DNA of 32,000 nt from Candidatus Saccharimonadota bacterium (GTDB taxonomy: Bacteria > Patescibacteriota > Gracilibacteria > BD1-5 > UBA6164): assembly GCA_963677765.1 (NCBI GenBank), contig OY782392.1, positions 900,001-932,000 on the forward strand, given 5' to 3'. The notes under the pieces are model-generated. The model did not search any database. It was not told where the DNA came from and worked only from the letters and a program-made list of their open reading frames with translations. Of this stretch, positions 11,534 to 22,345 are shown one piece after another (position 1 is the stretch's first letter; each line of letters opens with the position of its first letter). The position numbers and the translations under genes were made by a program.

Positions 11534-12361
11534 TTATTCAAAATCATTTACAGGATATGGAATTCATTGATTAACTTCAGTAGAACCAAAACTTGTTAAA
11601 TCAGTAGTATTATCATTTGATTTTCATTTTTCTTGACCATCAACTAGGAAATCAGTTCAATTTCAACCAATTAATGTATTAGGACAATCAGCAGCATCAT
11701 CAAAACATGATTGACTATCATAATCTCATACTATTCTAGTTAGATATGTATCACTAGCTTCTTTTTTTATAGTATAAGCTATATTATAATAAGTACCTGT
11801 CTTATTATTTGATCCCCAACTTGTAGCAGAAGGTTTTCTATAAACAGCATATACATATCTACCTAATCACATTTCTATAAGTGTACTACCACTATCTGTT
11901 TCTTTTAAGTCTCAGATTTCAGGATCATATAAATCTTTAGTTAAATAGTTTTTACCTAGTTGTTCTTGAGATAATGTTCATTTTGCTCAAATTTGTTGTG
12001 GAGTTGTTTTTGTATTATTTATAACTCAACCACCATCAGCACTAACCACAGTTGATATTTCAGCTCAATTCATAGTAACTCATAGAGTGTTAGAAGGATT
12101 AGCAGTAGTACCACTGTTATATCACCACATATTAGTGTTAGCATCATATTCACCAACAGCTGGGTAGTAATTGTTATCTACTTTAAATTGTTGTAAAGAA
12201 GTTTCTATAGTAGATACATCAGATATTTTTCTACCTGAAGTAGCTTTATCTACAGCTCAACCAAAGTTTTGGTATGCTACAACTGATATAATCGCTAAAA
12301 TAGTGATTACTACTAGTAACTCTACTAAAGAGAAACCTTTTTTATTTACACTTATTTTCAT
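11534..12361 (-). CDS. Type IV pilin (prepilin N-terminal cleavage/methylation domain protein)
   Basis: 275 aa; whole minus frame checked for TAA/TAG. Leader and mature N-terminus MKISVNKKG|FSLVELLVVITILAIISVVAY (Gly-1, Phe+1, Glu+5). A ~240-aa globular part has a C-terminal Cys pair (SCFDDAADC). Confidence 0.85.
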
Positions 12362-12432
12362 ATATAAAAACTAGTTATTTTCTAAATAAACAAAAATATT
12401 ATATTATTTATTTAAAATAAGACAAGAAAATA

Positions 12433-12460
12433 TTTACAAAAAAAATATATCTGTTAAAAT
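12433..12460 (+). promoter_or_regulatory. Candidate promoter for rel
   Basis: TTTACA (12433-12438), 16-nt spacer, TAAAAT (12455-12460), about 35 nt upstream of the ATG. Confidence 0.35.
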
Positions 12461-12494
12461 GACTATCTATATAAGTAATAATAATATTATTGCC

Positions 12495-14726
12495 ATGGAA
12501 AAATATAAAAAAATAGATAAAAAAGTCGATAATATAATCAAAAAGGTTTCAAAATATATGTGAAACCTTAATTTTGAGTATATTGAATCAGAAATAAAAA
12601 AAGCCTATATTTATGCCCGTGATGCTCATGAATGACAAAATAGATTGTCATGAGATCCTTATATTCTTCACCCTGTAGAAGCTACAGATATGCTTTTATA
12701 TTTAAAACCTGATATTTATACTATTCAGACTTGTTTACTACATGATGTTATAGAAGATACACCCAAAACAGCAGATGATATAAAAGAAGAATTTTGAGAA
12801 GAAGTAGCTTTTTTGTGTGAATGATTAGCTAAACTATCAAAAATAAGATACAAATGACAAGATAGAGATGTAGGTAGTCTTAGAAAAATGTTTGTTGCTA
12901 TGGCAGAGGACTTAAGAGTTATATTTGTAAAACTATCTGATAGATTACATAATATGAAAACTCTAAAACATCATCCTAAAAAAGATAAAAGAGAAAAAAT
13001 TGCACTTGAAACTCTTCAAATATATTCTCCTATTGCTGATAGATTAGGTTTATATCATTTTAAAAATGATTTAGATGAAGAATGTTTTAAAATACTTGAT
13101 CCTAAATCTTACAAAAAATTAAAAAAAGAGTTAAGAGATTTAGAAACTCAAAGAAATGCTTTTATACAAAATGTTAAAATAGAATTAAATGATTTATTAA
13201 AATGACAAGTAGATAACTATGAAATCGATTATAGAGTTAAATCAATTTATTCTATACATAAAAAACTTATCAAAAAATGATTAACTAATGCATCAGAACT
13301 TTTTGATTTATTTTGAATAAGAATAATGGTAAATACTGAAGCAGATTGTTATAAGGTTTTATGAATTATACATAATAAATGGACTCCACTTCCTAAAAGA
13401 TTCAAGGACTATATAGCATTACCTAAACCAAACTGATATAAAAGTTTGCATACAAATGTAATGTGAGTTTTTAAATCTGATAGAAAACAACCTACTGAAA
13501 TACAGATAAAAACATTCAAAATGTTAGAATACTCTGATCTTTGAGTTGCTGCTCATTTTGAATACAAAGAAAAATGAAGTACTATAGCTACTGATATTGA
13601 TTGGGTAAAAGAATTAAAGGAATTAGTTAATAATTTACAAGATAATGACTTTGTTTGATCATTAAAACTAGATTTTTTCAAAGATAGAATTTTTGTTTTT
13701 ACTCCAAAAGGGGATTTTATAAACCTACCTAACTGATCTACTCCTGTTGATTTTGCATATGCAGTTCATACTGATTTATGAGATCATATTACTTTATCAA
13801 AAGTTAACTGATCAGTTTATCCATTGGATAAAGAACTTCATAATTGAGATGTTGTGGAAATTATTATAGATAAAAATAAAAGACCTAATCCATTTCGGAT
13901 ATCTTTTGTAAAAACAATCAAAGCAAAAAATAGAATTAAACTATCTCTAAAAAAAGAAGACAAAGACTTACATAGAGAAAGAGGTAAAGATTTAATGTGA
14001 AAGTATCTAGAAAAAGCAGATTTATGAAAATTTGATAAAGATTTAACTATATTAAAAATTCTTGATTGAAAATCTTATTCTCTGGAAGAAAGATGGGCTT
14101 TATTAGAGCAAGTATGAAATTTTTCACTACCTCCTTCTAGTCTTATAAAAAGAATACTTAAATCAAATAATTTATTAAATATTTCTTCTAAAAAAATAAC
14201 TGAAGAAGAAAAAGAATTATTAAAGGAAGTTAATCAAACTGATGATTGATCTAAAAAATCTTGTAAAAAAGATTTGATAATATGATGAGAATCAGGACTT
14301 AGTTATAAGCTTTGTCATTGTTCTAGAAGAAAATTAACAAATGATATTGTTGCTCATATAAATAATAAATGAATAATAACTATACATAGAAGAAATTGTA
14401 AAATTTTGGAAGATGTTAATAAAGATAGATTGTTATCTGCATATATTGACTGAGAAAAAGAAGAGTCTTTAATAGTTCATATTAGTTTCTTAGTTGAAAA
14501 TAAAATATGAGTTTTAAAAGAATTATCAGATATAATTTTTAGTATGTGAATTGATGTAGATTCTATAAATACTAGTAAAATTTGAAATACTAAAACAAAG
14601 ATAGATTTAGATTTGAGAATATTAGATTATGATTATTTAATAATAGATAGATTTTTAGAAAGAGTAAAAATACATTTTAAAAAAGTATTACATGAATATA
14701 CTTTATGAAATATTAAAAAAGTATAA
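12495..14726 (+). CDS. rel: Bifunctional (p)ppGpp synthetase/hydrolase, long RelA/SpoT homologue
   Basis: 743 aa, checked codon by codon. HD hydrolase motifs (HPVEAT, LLHDVIEDT, DRLHNM), synthetase motifs (RVKSIYSIHKKL, DLFGIRIMV, GYKSLHT), TGS ([27 protein letters not shown]), a Cys/His cluster (CHCS...HRRNC), and an ACT-like C-terminus. Confidence 0.95.
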
Positions 14727-14759
14727 AAAAAGAGAAGATTTTTAAATCTTCTCTTTTTC
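14725..14759. terminator. Bidirectional terminator between rel and rpsO
   Basis: agagaagatt / ttta / aatcttctct: 10-bp stem flanked by an A-run and a T-run. It abuts the rpsO stop (14760-14762). Confidence 0.8.
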
Positions 14760-15029
14760 TTATTTTCTTAAGTTTAATTTTTCTAAAACTTCATTATACT
14801 TATTAGCATCTTTCTTTTTTAAGTAAGCTAATAATTTTCTTCTTTTAGCTACCATCATTAATATACCTCTTCTTGAGTGGTTATCTTTTTTGTGTTCTAA
14901 TAAGTGTTCTTTTAAGTTTTCAATTTTAGCTGTTAGGATAGCTATTTGAACTTCTGATGACCCAGTGTCACCTTTTTTACTTGCAAAATCAGTAATGATT
15001 TTACTTTTTACATCTTTTGTAACTGCCAT
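14760..15029 (-). CDS. rpsO: 30S ribosomal protein S15
   Basis: 89 aa: [74 protein letters not shown]... No TGA in frame. I take the internal Met of track ORF 14760..15104 as the start. Confidence 0.95.
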   Translation of the reverse strand: MAVTKDVKSKIITDFASKKGDTGSSEVQIAILTAKIENLKEHLLEHKKDNHSRRGILMMVAKRRKLLAYLKKKDANKYNEVLEKLNLRK

Positions 15030-15103
15030 AAAACGTATTTTACGAAAATAATATAATAATTCAACCAATACCAGAAAATACACCAGTAATCGATTGTAGG
15101 CCA

Positions 15104-15131
15104 ATTATACAAATAAAAAATATTTTTGCAA
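15104..15131 (-). promoter_or_regulatory. Candidate extended -10 promoter for rpsO
   Basis: On the minus strand: TTGCAA (15126-15131), 16-nt spacer ending in TG, TATAAT (15104-15109). This implies a leader of about 70 nt before the rpsO ATG. Confidence 0.45.
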
Positions 15132-15209
15132 ATAAATTTTTCTTTATTGAAAATAATAAATAAATATATATATTAATCATAATAAAAAAATAATTTAAAA
15201 AATATCTCC

Positions 15210-16577
15210 ATGGAAAAATTTGATGCATTTTATTTTGAATCTTATGATTTTGATTATGAAAATCTCATAGCAAAATTTTATTATTCTTTTGACTCTAAAG
15301 AACAATTTATAGAAGAAGTAGATTTTTCAAAATCAAATATTAAACTTAGAAGTGATTTAAATTATTCAATTGTTGATAATTTTTTATTTTCTATACATAT
15401 AGCTTTATGAATCAGTTATTATAAGGCTTTTCCAACAAAAAAACTATATATAAAATCATGATATTTATCAAAAGACCAAATAACTTTTTGGAAAAAATTT
15501 TATAAAAATTGATTATGAGAATTTTTATATATTAACAAAATTAGCCCTGATTGATTGTTTGATTTTGAAAATAAATTAGAAGAAAAAAATATAGATAAAA
15601 GTTTGTTTGATTTTAGTCAAAGTGAAAAATCTTTGATTCCTTTATGATGAGGTAAAGACTCACTAGTTTCTATAGATTTATATGAAAAATCAGATTTTTT
15701 ATATGATTTATATGTATTTTGAAAAACTGATCCTATAAAACAAAATTGTGCAGCTATTTTGTGAAAAGAAATACTTTTAACAAAAAGAAAAATATCTGAT
15801 AACTTGATAAAACTAAACAATCAATGATATTATAATTGACATGTTCCTATAACATGAATAATTGCTTTTGTTATGCTATTAGAAGCTTATTTATATGATT
15901 ATAAATATTTAGTATTATCAAATGAGAAATCTGCTAATGTATGAAATACATTATGGAATTGATTTGAAATAAATCATCAATGGAGTAAATCATTGGATTT
16001 TGAAAAAGATTTTAATTCTTACATTAGGGATAATTTGTCATCTAATATTTATTATTTTTCACTTCTTAGAGGTTTTTATGAATACTCTATAGCTAGATAT
16101 TTTACAAATAATTGTAGTAGATTTTTCTGAGTATTTTCTAGTTGTAATAATAACTTTAAAATAGATGAAAATAAAAGATTAAAAAATACTTTTTGGTGTA
16201 ACTCTTGTCCCAAATGTGCTTTTAGTTTTATTATATTAAGACCTTTCTTAAGTGATAAACAAGTCTTTGATATATTTTGAGAAGATTTATTATTTAAAAA
16301 AGATTTAGAAAATACTTTTTTAGAGTTACTTTGAATAGACTGAATAAAGCCATTTGAATGTGTATGAGAATTGGAAGAAGTAGTTTTATCTTTTTATAAA
16401 ATTTATTGTTTATACGAAGAAAAACCTAATATATTAAATATATTTAAAGAAAAAATATTAGATAATTTTAGTGAAGAATATTTCAATGATTTAGAAAAAA
16501 AACTTTGAACTATTTATGATGAAGATATAATTCCTTGAGTAATAAAAAAATCTTTACTTAGTGATATTACTAAATAA
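15210..16577 (+). CDS. PP-loop (SGGKDS-type) ATP pyrophosphatase superfamily protein, specificity unknown
   Basis: 455 aa, checked codon by codon. LIPLGGGKDSLVS has its first two Gly as TGA (15645-15650; residues 146-151). Later motifs are FWCNSCPKCAFSF and KPFECVGE. It ends 16 nt before the PBP gene. Confidence 0.7.
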
Positions 16578-16593
16578 ATAAAAATTTATACAG

Positions 16594-18936
16594 ATGAATA
16601 AAAAAATAAATATTAATTTGAAAAAACTTAGATATCTAATAAAAAATTGGTCTAGGTTACATACTATAATACTATTTTTTGTATTGTTTTTCTTATTTAT
16701 AATTAAAACATTATTTTCCTATACAGTATTAGAGTATGACTTTTATAAATGATTAGCTGATTCTCAACAAATATGAAAATTTAGTGTTCCTCTTAATAGA
16801 GGGACTATTTATAGTACATGAAAATCTCAAACAGTTTTAGCTACCTCACTTAATCTATATGATATTTCTATAGATCCTCAAATGGAATGAGATAAACCAA
16901 AGTTAGCTGATTTTTTAACTGATATAGTTTATACTGAAACATGTGAATCAAAATGATATAGTACTTGTTATTCAAATATACTTAGATATCTTAGATTATT
17001 AGAAATACCAGACTTTGTTTACGATGAAACTTATATAAGAGATTTATTATGAGAAAAAATTATATCTGATATAATGAAAACAAAGGTTACTAGTGTTATG
17101 TTAGATGTAAAATTGGAATCAGATAAAATAGAAGAATTAAAGTCTTTGAATATAACATGAATTTATCCATGAGATGAATATGTTTATGTTAATCCAGAAG
17201 AATTTAATAATGAAAATGAAACAAGTATAAAAAACTTATCTAGAATAATTTGAATGAATGAAGAAACTCTTAAATTTTTAACTAGAAAAAGAGATTTAAG
17301 ATATGTTCCAGTTTATAAAAAATTATCTATACAAACTTCAGAATATATAAATAATTATTTAGATGAGGAATCAGAAGCATTAAAAAGATGATTACTTTCT
17401 ATAGAAGATTCTATATCTAGATTTATTATATTATCACCAAATCCAAGTAGATATTATCCAGAATGAGATGTTGCTTCACAGGTAACTTGATTTGTTGATA
17501 GTTCAGGTAAATGACATTATTGAATTGAATGATATTATGATGAAATATTAAAGTGAAATAACTGAGAAATTATATCTACAAAGGATATACAATGAAGAAT
17601 GATAAATCCTACAGAATTAGATACTACTACTCTAATTTGAGAATGAGTTCAAATTCATACAACTATTGATAGAAATATACAAAAAAAAGTAGAAGAATTT
17701 TTAGAGCAATGAGTAAAAGAATATAGAGCTAATAGAGGTAGAGTTATAGTAATGGATCCTAAAACATGAGATGTTTTAGCTATGGCAAATTATCCTAGCT
17801 ATAATGTAAATGAGTATTGAAATGTATATGAACTAGAAAGAATAAAAAATGAAGATTATCCAAATCCTAGTACTGATTTATTGTGATTTCCTGTTTATGT
17901 AGAAGATAGGCAATTATGAACTGAATTTATTTTTAATGGTAAAAAAATATATTTAAGATTGGCTGAAAGAGAAGAATTATGAGATAGAGCTTTGGTTAAA
18001 TATAAGTATAAAAATGATTATTGAGCAGCTGTTTATACTAATCATGTTATTTCTTCATTATATGAAGCTTGATCAGTTATAAAACCTCTTACTGTTGCTA
18101 TTTGATTAGATACATGAGAAATAAATGAAAACTCTATGTATCAAGATGATTGATACTTAACAATTGATAACTTTAAAATCTCAAATGTAAGTGATAAATG
18201 TTTATGATATCAAACATTTTCTAATGCACTTCGTTGGTCTTGTAATGTTTGAATGATAAGAATAGCACAAAGAGTATGAAAAACACTTATGCATCAATAT
18301 TTTGAAGATTTTGGTATATGATTTAAAACATGAATAGAATTATCGTGAGAAACTACTTCTAGACTTCAACCATGGGAAAACTGGTCTCAAGCTTGATTAT
18401 TAACTCGTAGTTTTTGACTTTGAATGTCAGTTACTCAAATGCAAGTTGCCGCTGCATATAATGTATTAGCAAATTGATGAGTTTATGTTAAACCAAAAAT
18501 TATTGATAAAATAGTATATCCTGATTGAAGAGAAGTTAAATTCAAAACAGAAGAACAAAGAAGAGTTATAAAAGAATCAACAGCTCAAAAAGTAACTCAA
18601 ATGCTTTACGATGGTACTCATAGTTGGTGAGGCGCTGCTGAACAATGAGCTCTTGATGATTATAGATTTGCTTTAAAATCTTGAACTGCACAAATAGCAT
18701 ATAAAGGTTCTTATGAAGAATGAGTAGCTTCAACTGTAGCTTCTTTTGCTTGATATTGACCAATAGAAGATCCTAGATTTGTAATGGTTGTATCTTTGGA
18801 AAGACCTAGAACAAGTGTTTATGGTTGATCTACTGCATCTAAAGTATGGCAAAATATATGATATTATTTAGTTGATTATTTTGAAATACCTAAAAGACCA
18901 TATCAATTTAATAACTTCTATAGAAATGAACAATAA
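16594..18936 (+). CDS. Class B penicillin-binding protein (PBP2/FtsI-type peptidoglycan D,D-transpeptidase)
   Basis: 780 aa, every codon checked. N-terminal TM segment (HTIILFFVLFFLFIIKTLF), MDPKTGDVLAMANYPSYN, SxxK = S-V-I-K (Ser codon 18073-18075, residue 494), SxN = S-C-N, and KSG with Gly = TGA (18682-18684). Confidence 0.9.
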
Positions 18937-18962
18937 AAAAACCTAGTTTAACTAGGTTTTTT
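18936..18962 (+). terminator. Rho-independent terminator after the PBP gene
   Basis: aaaaacctagt / ttaa / actaggttttt followed by a T-run. Confidence 0.8.
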
Positions 18963-18984
18963 ATTTATTTATAATTTTTAGACG

Positions 18985-19020
18985 AAAAAAAAGAGCATAA
19001 ATTTTGAAAATTTACACTCT
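18985..19020 (-). terminator. Candidate terminator downstream of tRNA-Phe
   Basis: On the minus strand agagtgtaaatttt / c / aaaatttatgctct (two mismatches) followed by TTTTTTTT. Confidence 0.45.
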
Positions 19021-19038
19021 AATTTTTTATTACAAACA

Positions 19039-19113
19039 TGGTGCCGAGGGGCGGATTTGAACCACCGACACAGGGCTTTTCAGGCCCCTGCTCTACCCCT
19101 GAGCTACCCCGGC
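19039..19113 (-). tRNA. tRNA-Phe (anticodon GAA), CCA encoded
   Basis: Reverse complement GCCGGGGTAGCTCAGGGGTAGAGCAGGGGCCTGAAAAGCCCTGTGTCGGTGGTTCAAATCCGCCCCTCGGCACCA folds as a cloverleaf. It has a 7-bp acceptor stem (one G-U), D arm GCTC/GAGC, anticodon loop CTGAAAA, T arm GGTGG-TTCAAAT-CCGCC, and a 3' CCA. Confidence 0.95.
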
Positions 19114-19237
19114 ATATCTTGTGTGCTTGAGTATTATATGAAAAAAAAATATTTGGCAAACTTTTTTTTAACTTTTTTTTGTTTTATCAAATATTATGTA
19201 TAGAATAGCAGCATTAAATACTAATATAATTATCATT

Positions 19238-19489
19238 ATGGAGGTAAAGGTATGTACTTGAAAAATGTGTAGTGAAAGATGGAGTGAATACATCTTAAAA
19301 AGACTTGAAAATGATAAAAAAACATTTAATCTAGATAAACTTGATATTCAAACTAGTCTTTGTATGTGATGATGCAAACAATGACCAAATGTTGTTATAT
19401 GAAATGAAAAATTTGATAGAATGAACCCATTAAAAACAAGCGATTTATTATTTAAAAAATTAAAAGAAAATAAAAATGCAAATAAATAA
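19238..19489 (+). CDS. Small thioredoxin-like [2Fe-2S] ferredoxin-fold protein
   Basis: 83 aa: [26 protein letters not shown]...TSLCMGGCKQGPNVVIGNEKF... The Cx4C...Cx3C spacing is typical of thioredoxin-like 2Fe-2S ferredoxins (NuoE-type). The stop at 19487-19489 lies inside cysS. Confidence 0.65.
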
Positions 19490-20939
19490 TACTAAAACAA
19501 GACAAATAGAAGAATTTAAACCTATGAGTAGTAGAGAAGTAAAAGTCTATTATTGTGGACCTACAGTTTATAACTATGCTCATATTTGAAATCTTAGAAC
19601 TTTTGTATTTGAAGATGTTGTAGTTAAAACTCTTAGGTTTTTATGATATAATGTTAAAACTGTAATGAATATTACAGATGTAGATGATAAAACAATAAGA
19701 GATAGTCAAGCTGTTTGAGAAAAATTATCAGATTTTACTCAAAAATATACAAAAATATTTTTAGATGATATTGATAAATTAAATATAACTCCTGCTGATG
19801 ATGTTGTTCCTGTAACAACTCTTATACCAGAAATGGTAAGAATGATTCAAACTATGATAAATAGAAAAAATGCTTACTTGTGAGATGATGGAAGTATATA
19901 TTTTGATGTTAAGTCATTTAAAAAATATTGAAACCTAGCATGAATAGATATGTGTAATTGTTGATTACAAGCATGAGCTAGAGTTGATAATGATGAATAT
20001 GAAAAAGAAAATGTAGCTGATTTTGTATTGTGGAAAGCTTGGAAAGAATCTGATTGAGATAATTTTTGGAATGAAACATTTAAAATAGATTGAAAAGAAG
20101 TTGTTTTAAAATGAAGACCAGGTTGGCATATAGAATGTAGTGCTTGTAATATGAAATATTTTTGAGCTCAAATTGATATTCATATGTGAGGTACTGACTT
20201 AGTTTTTCCTCATCATCAAAATGAAATAGCTCAAACTGAAAGCTGTACTAAAAAAGAATTTTCAAAATACTGGTTACATAGTGGTCATCTTATGGTAGAT
20301 GGTAAAAAAATGTCTAAAAGTGCTAATAACTTTTATACTTTGAATGATTTAGAAGAAAAATATAAAGATACAGATAAATCATTGCTATATAGAGCTATAA
20401 GACTTAGTTTTATGAATGCTAAATATAATTCTCAAGTAGATTTCACATTTGATAAACTAGAATCAAATTTTAATACTATAAAATGAATTGATGAAGCTAT
20501 TAAAACAGTTGATAGAGAAATTCAAACTACTCAAAACTTTGCTGTAGTATCAAGAGACTTTAGTGAAGCTATGCAAGATTATATAGGGGAATATATGTAT
20601 CATTTAGAAGATGATTTTAATATGCCTGAAGCATTAGCTGTTTTTCATAATTTTATAAAATTTGTAAATACTTGAGTTAGAGAAAAACTTTTTTCATTAG
20701 CTGAATTATCAAGCATTAATGATATGTTTAGAACATTTAATCAAGTATTAAGTATAATTGATTTTGATATTTTAAAACAAGATGAAATATCAGATGATAT
20801 AAAAGAATTATTTGAAAAAAGAAATCAAGCTAAAAAAGATAAAGATTTTGAATCTGCTGATAAATATAGAGATGAATTAATTGAAAAATGATATAAAATT
20901 GTTGATAGTAGAGAATGAAGCTATTTAGAAAAACTTTAA
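19476..20939 (+). CDS. cysS: Cysteine--tRNA ligase
   Basis: 487 aa, first ~270 codons checked. Motifs: [25 protein letters not shown] (HIGH Gly = TGA 19587-19589), [16 protein letters not shown]. The track ORF 20292..20486 is in frame. It overlaps the upstream CDS by 14 nt. Confidence 0.95.
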
Positions 20940-21007
20940 AAAATATTGACTTCAAATATATAATAGTAAAATACTTGTGTATTTTACTATTATTTTTTAC
21001 AAAAAAC

Positions 21008-22261
21008 ATGATTGATTTATCACTTAGTAAAGAGATTATATTATTGATAATACTTGTTTTATTTGTTTTTGAGTTTTTATTAACTCAAACTCTATCTTTT
21101 TTAAATACTACAAAATGGTCATCAAAACTACCTGATGAACTAAAAGAAATTTATGATGAAGAAAAATACTCAAAATCAATGGAATATGAAAAAGTTAAAT
21201 ATAGCTTTTGAAATATTTCAAGTATATTTTTCTTCAATATAATGATACTATTACTTATTTTTGGTGCTTTTGGTTCTTTACATAACTATTTGTACTCTAT
21301 TTCAAGTAATATTTATTTTACAACTTTGTGATTTTTTGGGATTTTATATATATTGCAAACAATAATATCTTTACCTTTTTCTTATTATTCTACTTTTGTT
21401 ATAGAAGAAAAATTTGGTTTTAATAAAATGACTAAAAAATTATTTTTTACTGATTTAATTAAATCTATATTGCTTACTTTTGTTTTATGATGAGCAATAT
21501 TATCTCTTATAATATGGTTTTTTACTATTTCATGAGATTATTTCTGGTTATTTGCATGGGCTTTTGTAAGCTTTTTATCAGTTTTTATGATGATGTTTTA
21601 TAGTAGCTTAATAGTTCCTATATTCAATAAACAAACTCCTCTAGGAGCATGAAAATTAAGAGATGATATTGAAAAATTTGCTAGTGATGTTTGATTTAAA
21701 TTGGATAATATATTTGTTATAGATTGATCAAAAAGATCAAGTAAAGCTAATGCTTATTTTGCAGGTTTTTGACCTAAAAAAAGAATAGTTTTATATGATA
21801 CTTTGATAAAAGATTTAACAAACAATGAGTTAGTTGCTGTTTTAGCTCATGAAATAGGGCATTACAAAAGAAAACATACTTTACAAATGCTTGCTTTTTG
21901 ATTAACACAAACATTTATTATGTTTTTTGTATTGGGTATTGCCTTAAACTATATAGAAATATCTCATGCTTTATGAGCAGATACTTATAGTTTTGCTGTT
22001 TCTTTGGTAGCTTTTGGGATTTTATTTACTCCGCTATCAATAATATTTTGATTGTTTTGAAATATTCTATCTAGAAAAAATGAATACGAAGCAGATGAGT
22101 TTGCAGCTGTTAATTATAAGCCTAAAAAACTTAAATCAGCTCTTATAAAATTATCTAGAAATAATTTATCAAATCTTACTCCACATCCTGCTTATGAATT
22201 CTTTCATTATTCACATCCAAGTGTATTAAAAAGATTAAAAGCTTTAGATGAATATAAATAA
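21008..22261 (+). CDS. Ste24/CAAX-prenyl-protease-type zinc metalloprotease (peptidase M48A)
   Basis: 417 aa from ATG 21008, checked codon by codon. Has multiple TM segments, HEIGH ([12 protein letters not shown]), NEYEADEFA and SHPSVLKRL. The in-frame ATG at 20915 would overlap cysS by 25 nt and I do not prefer it. Confidence 0.85.
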
Positions 22262-22262
22262 A

Positions 22263-22289
22263 AGACACCTATTTTCAGGTGTTTTTTTG
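22263..22289 (+). terminator. Rho-independent terminator after the M48 protease gene
   Basis: acacct / attttc / aggtgt followed by TTTTTTT. Confidence 0.8.
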
Positions 22290-22345
22290 TTTATTTTTTA
22301 AAATAATGTTATAATTTTTTTAGTTAATAATATTTTTCATTTTTT

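Noticed and set aside
15030-15104. N-terminal extension of rpsO ([25 protein letters not shown]...) implied by track ORF 14760..15104.
   Set aside because: S15 proteins are about 89 aa and start near MA.TK. The extension is hydrophobic nonsense and overlaps the predicted promoter and leader.
18964-19237. The recoding suppressor tRNA (tRNA-Gly UCA), or other RNA genes, in the largest intergenic region.
   Set aside because: Only one cloverleaf is present, and its anticodon loop CTGAAAA gives GAA (Phe). The remaining sequence is A/T homopolymer-rich with no tRNA-like stems.
20915-21007. Upstream ATG (20915) as the start of the M48 protease, as in the track ORF 20915..21211.
   Set aside because: It would overlap cysS by 25 nt and add an atypical 31-aa extension. 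ATG 21008 gives the usual Ste24 N-terminus (first TM helix followed by ..LN....LP.EL..). It cannot be fully excluded.
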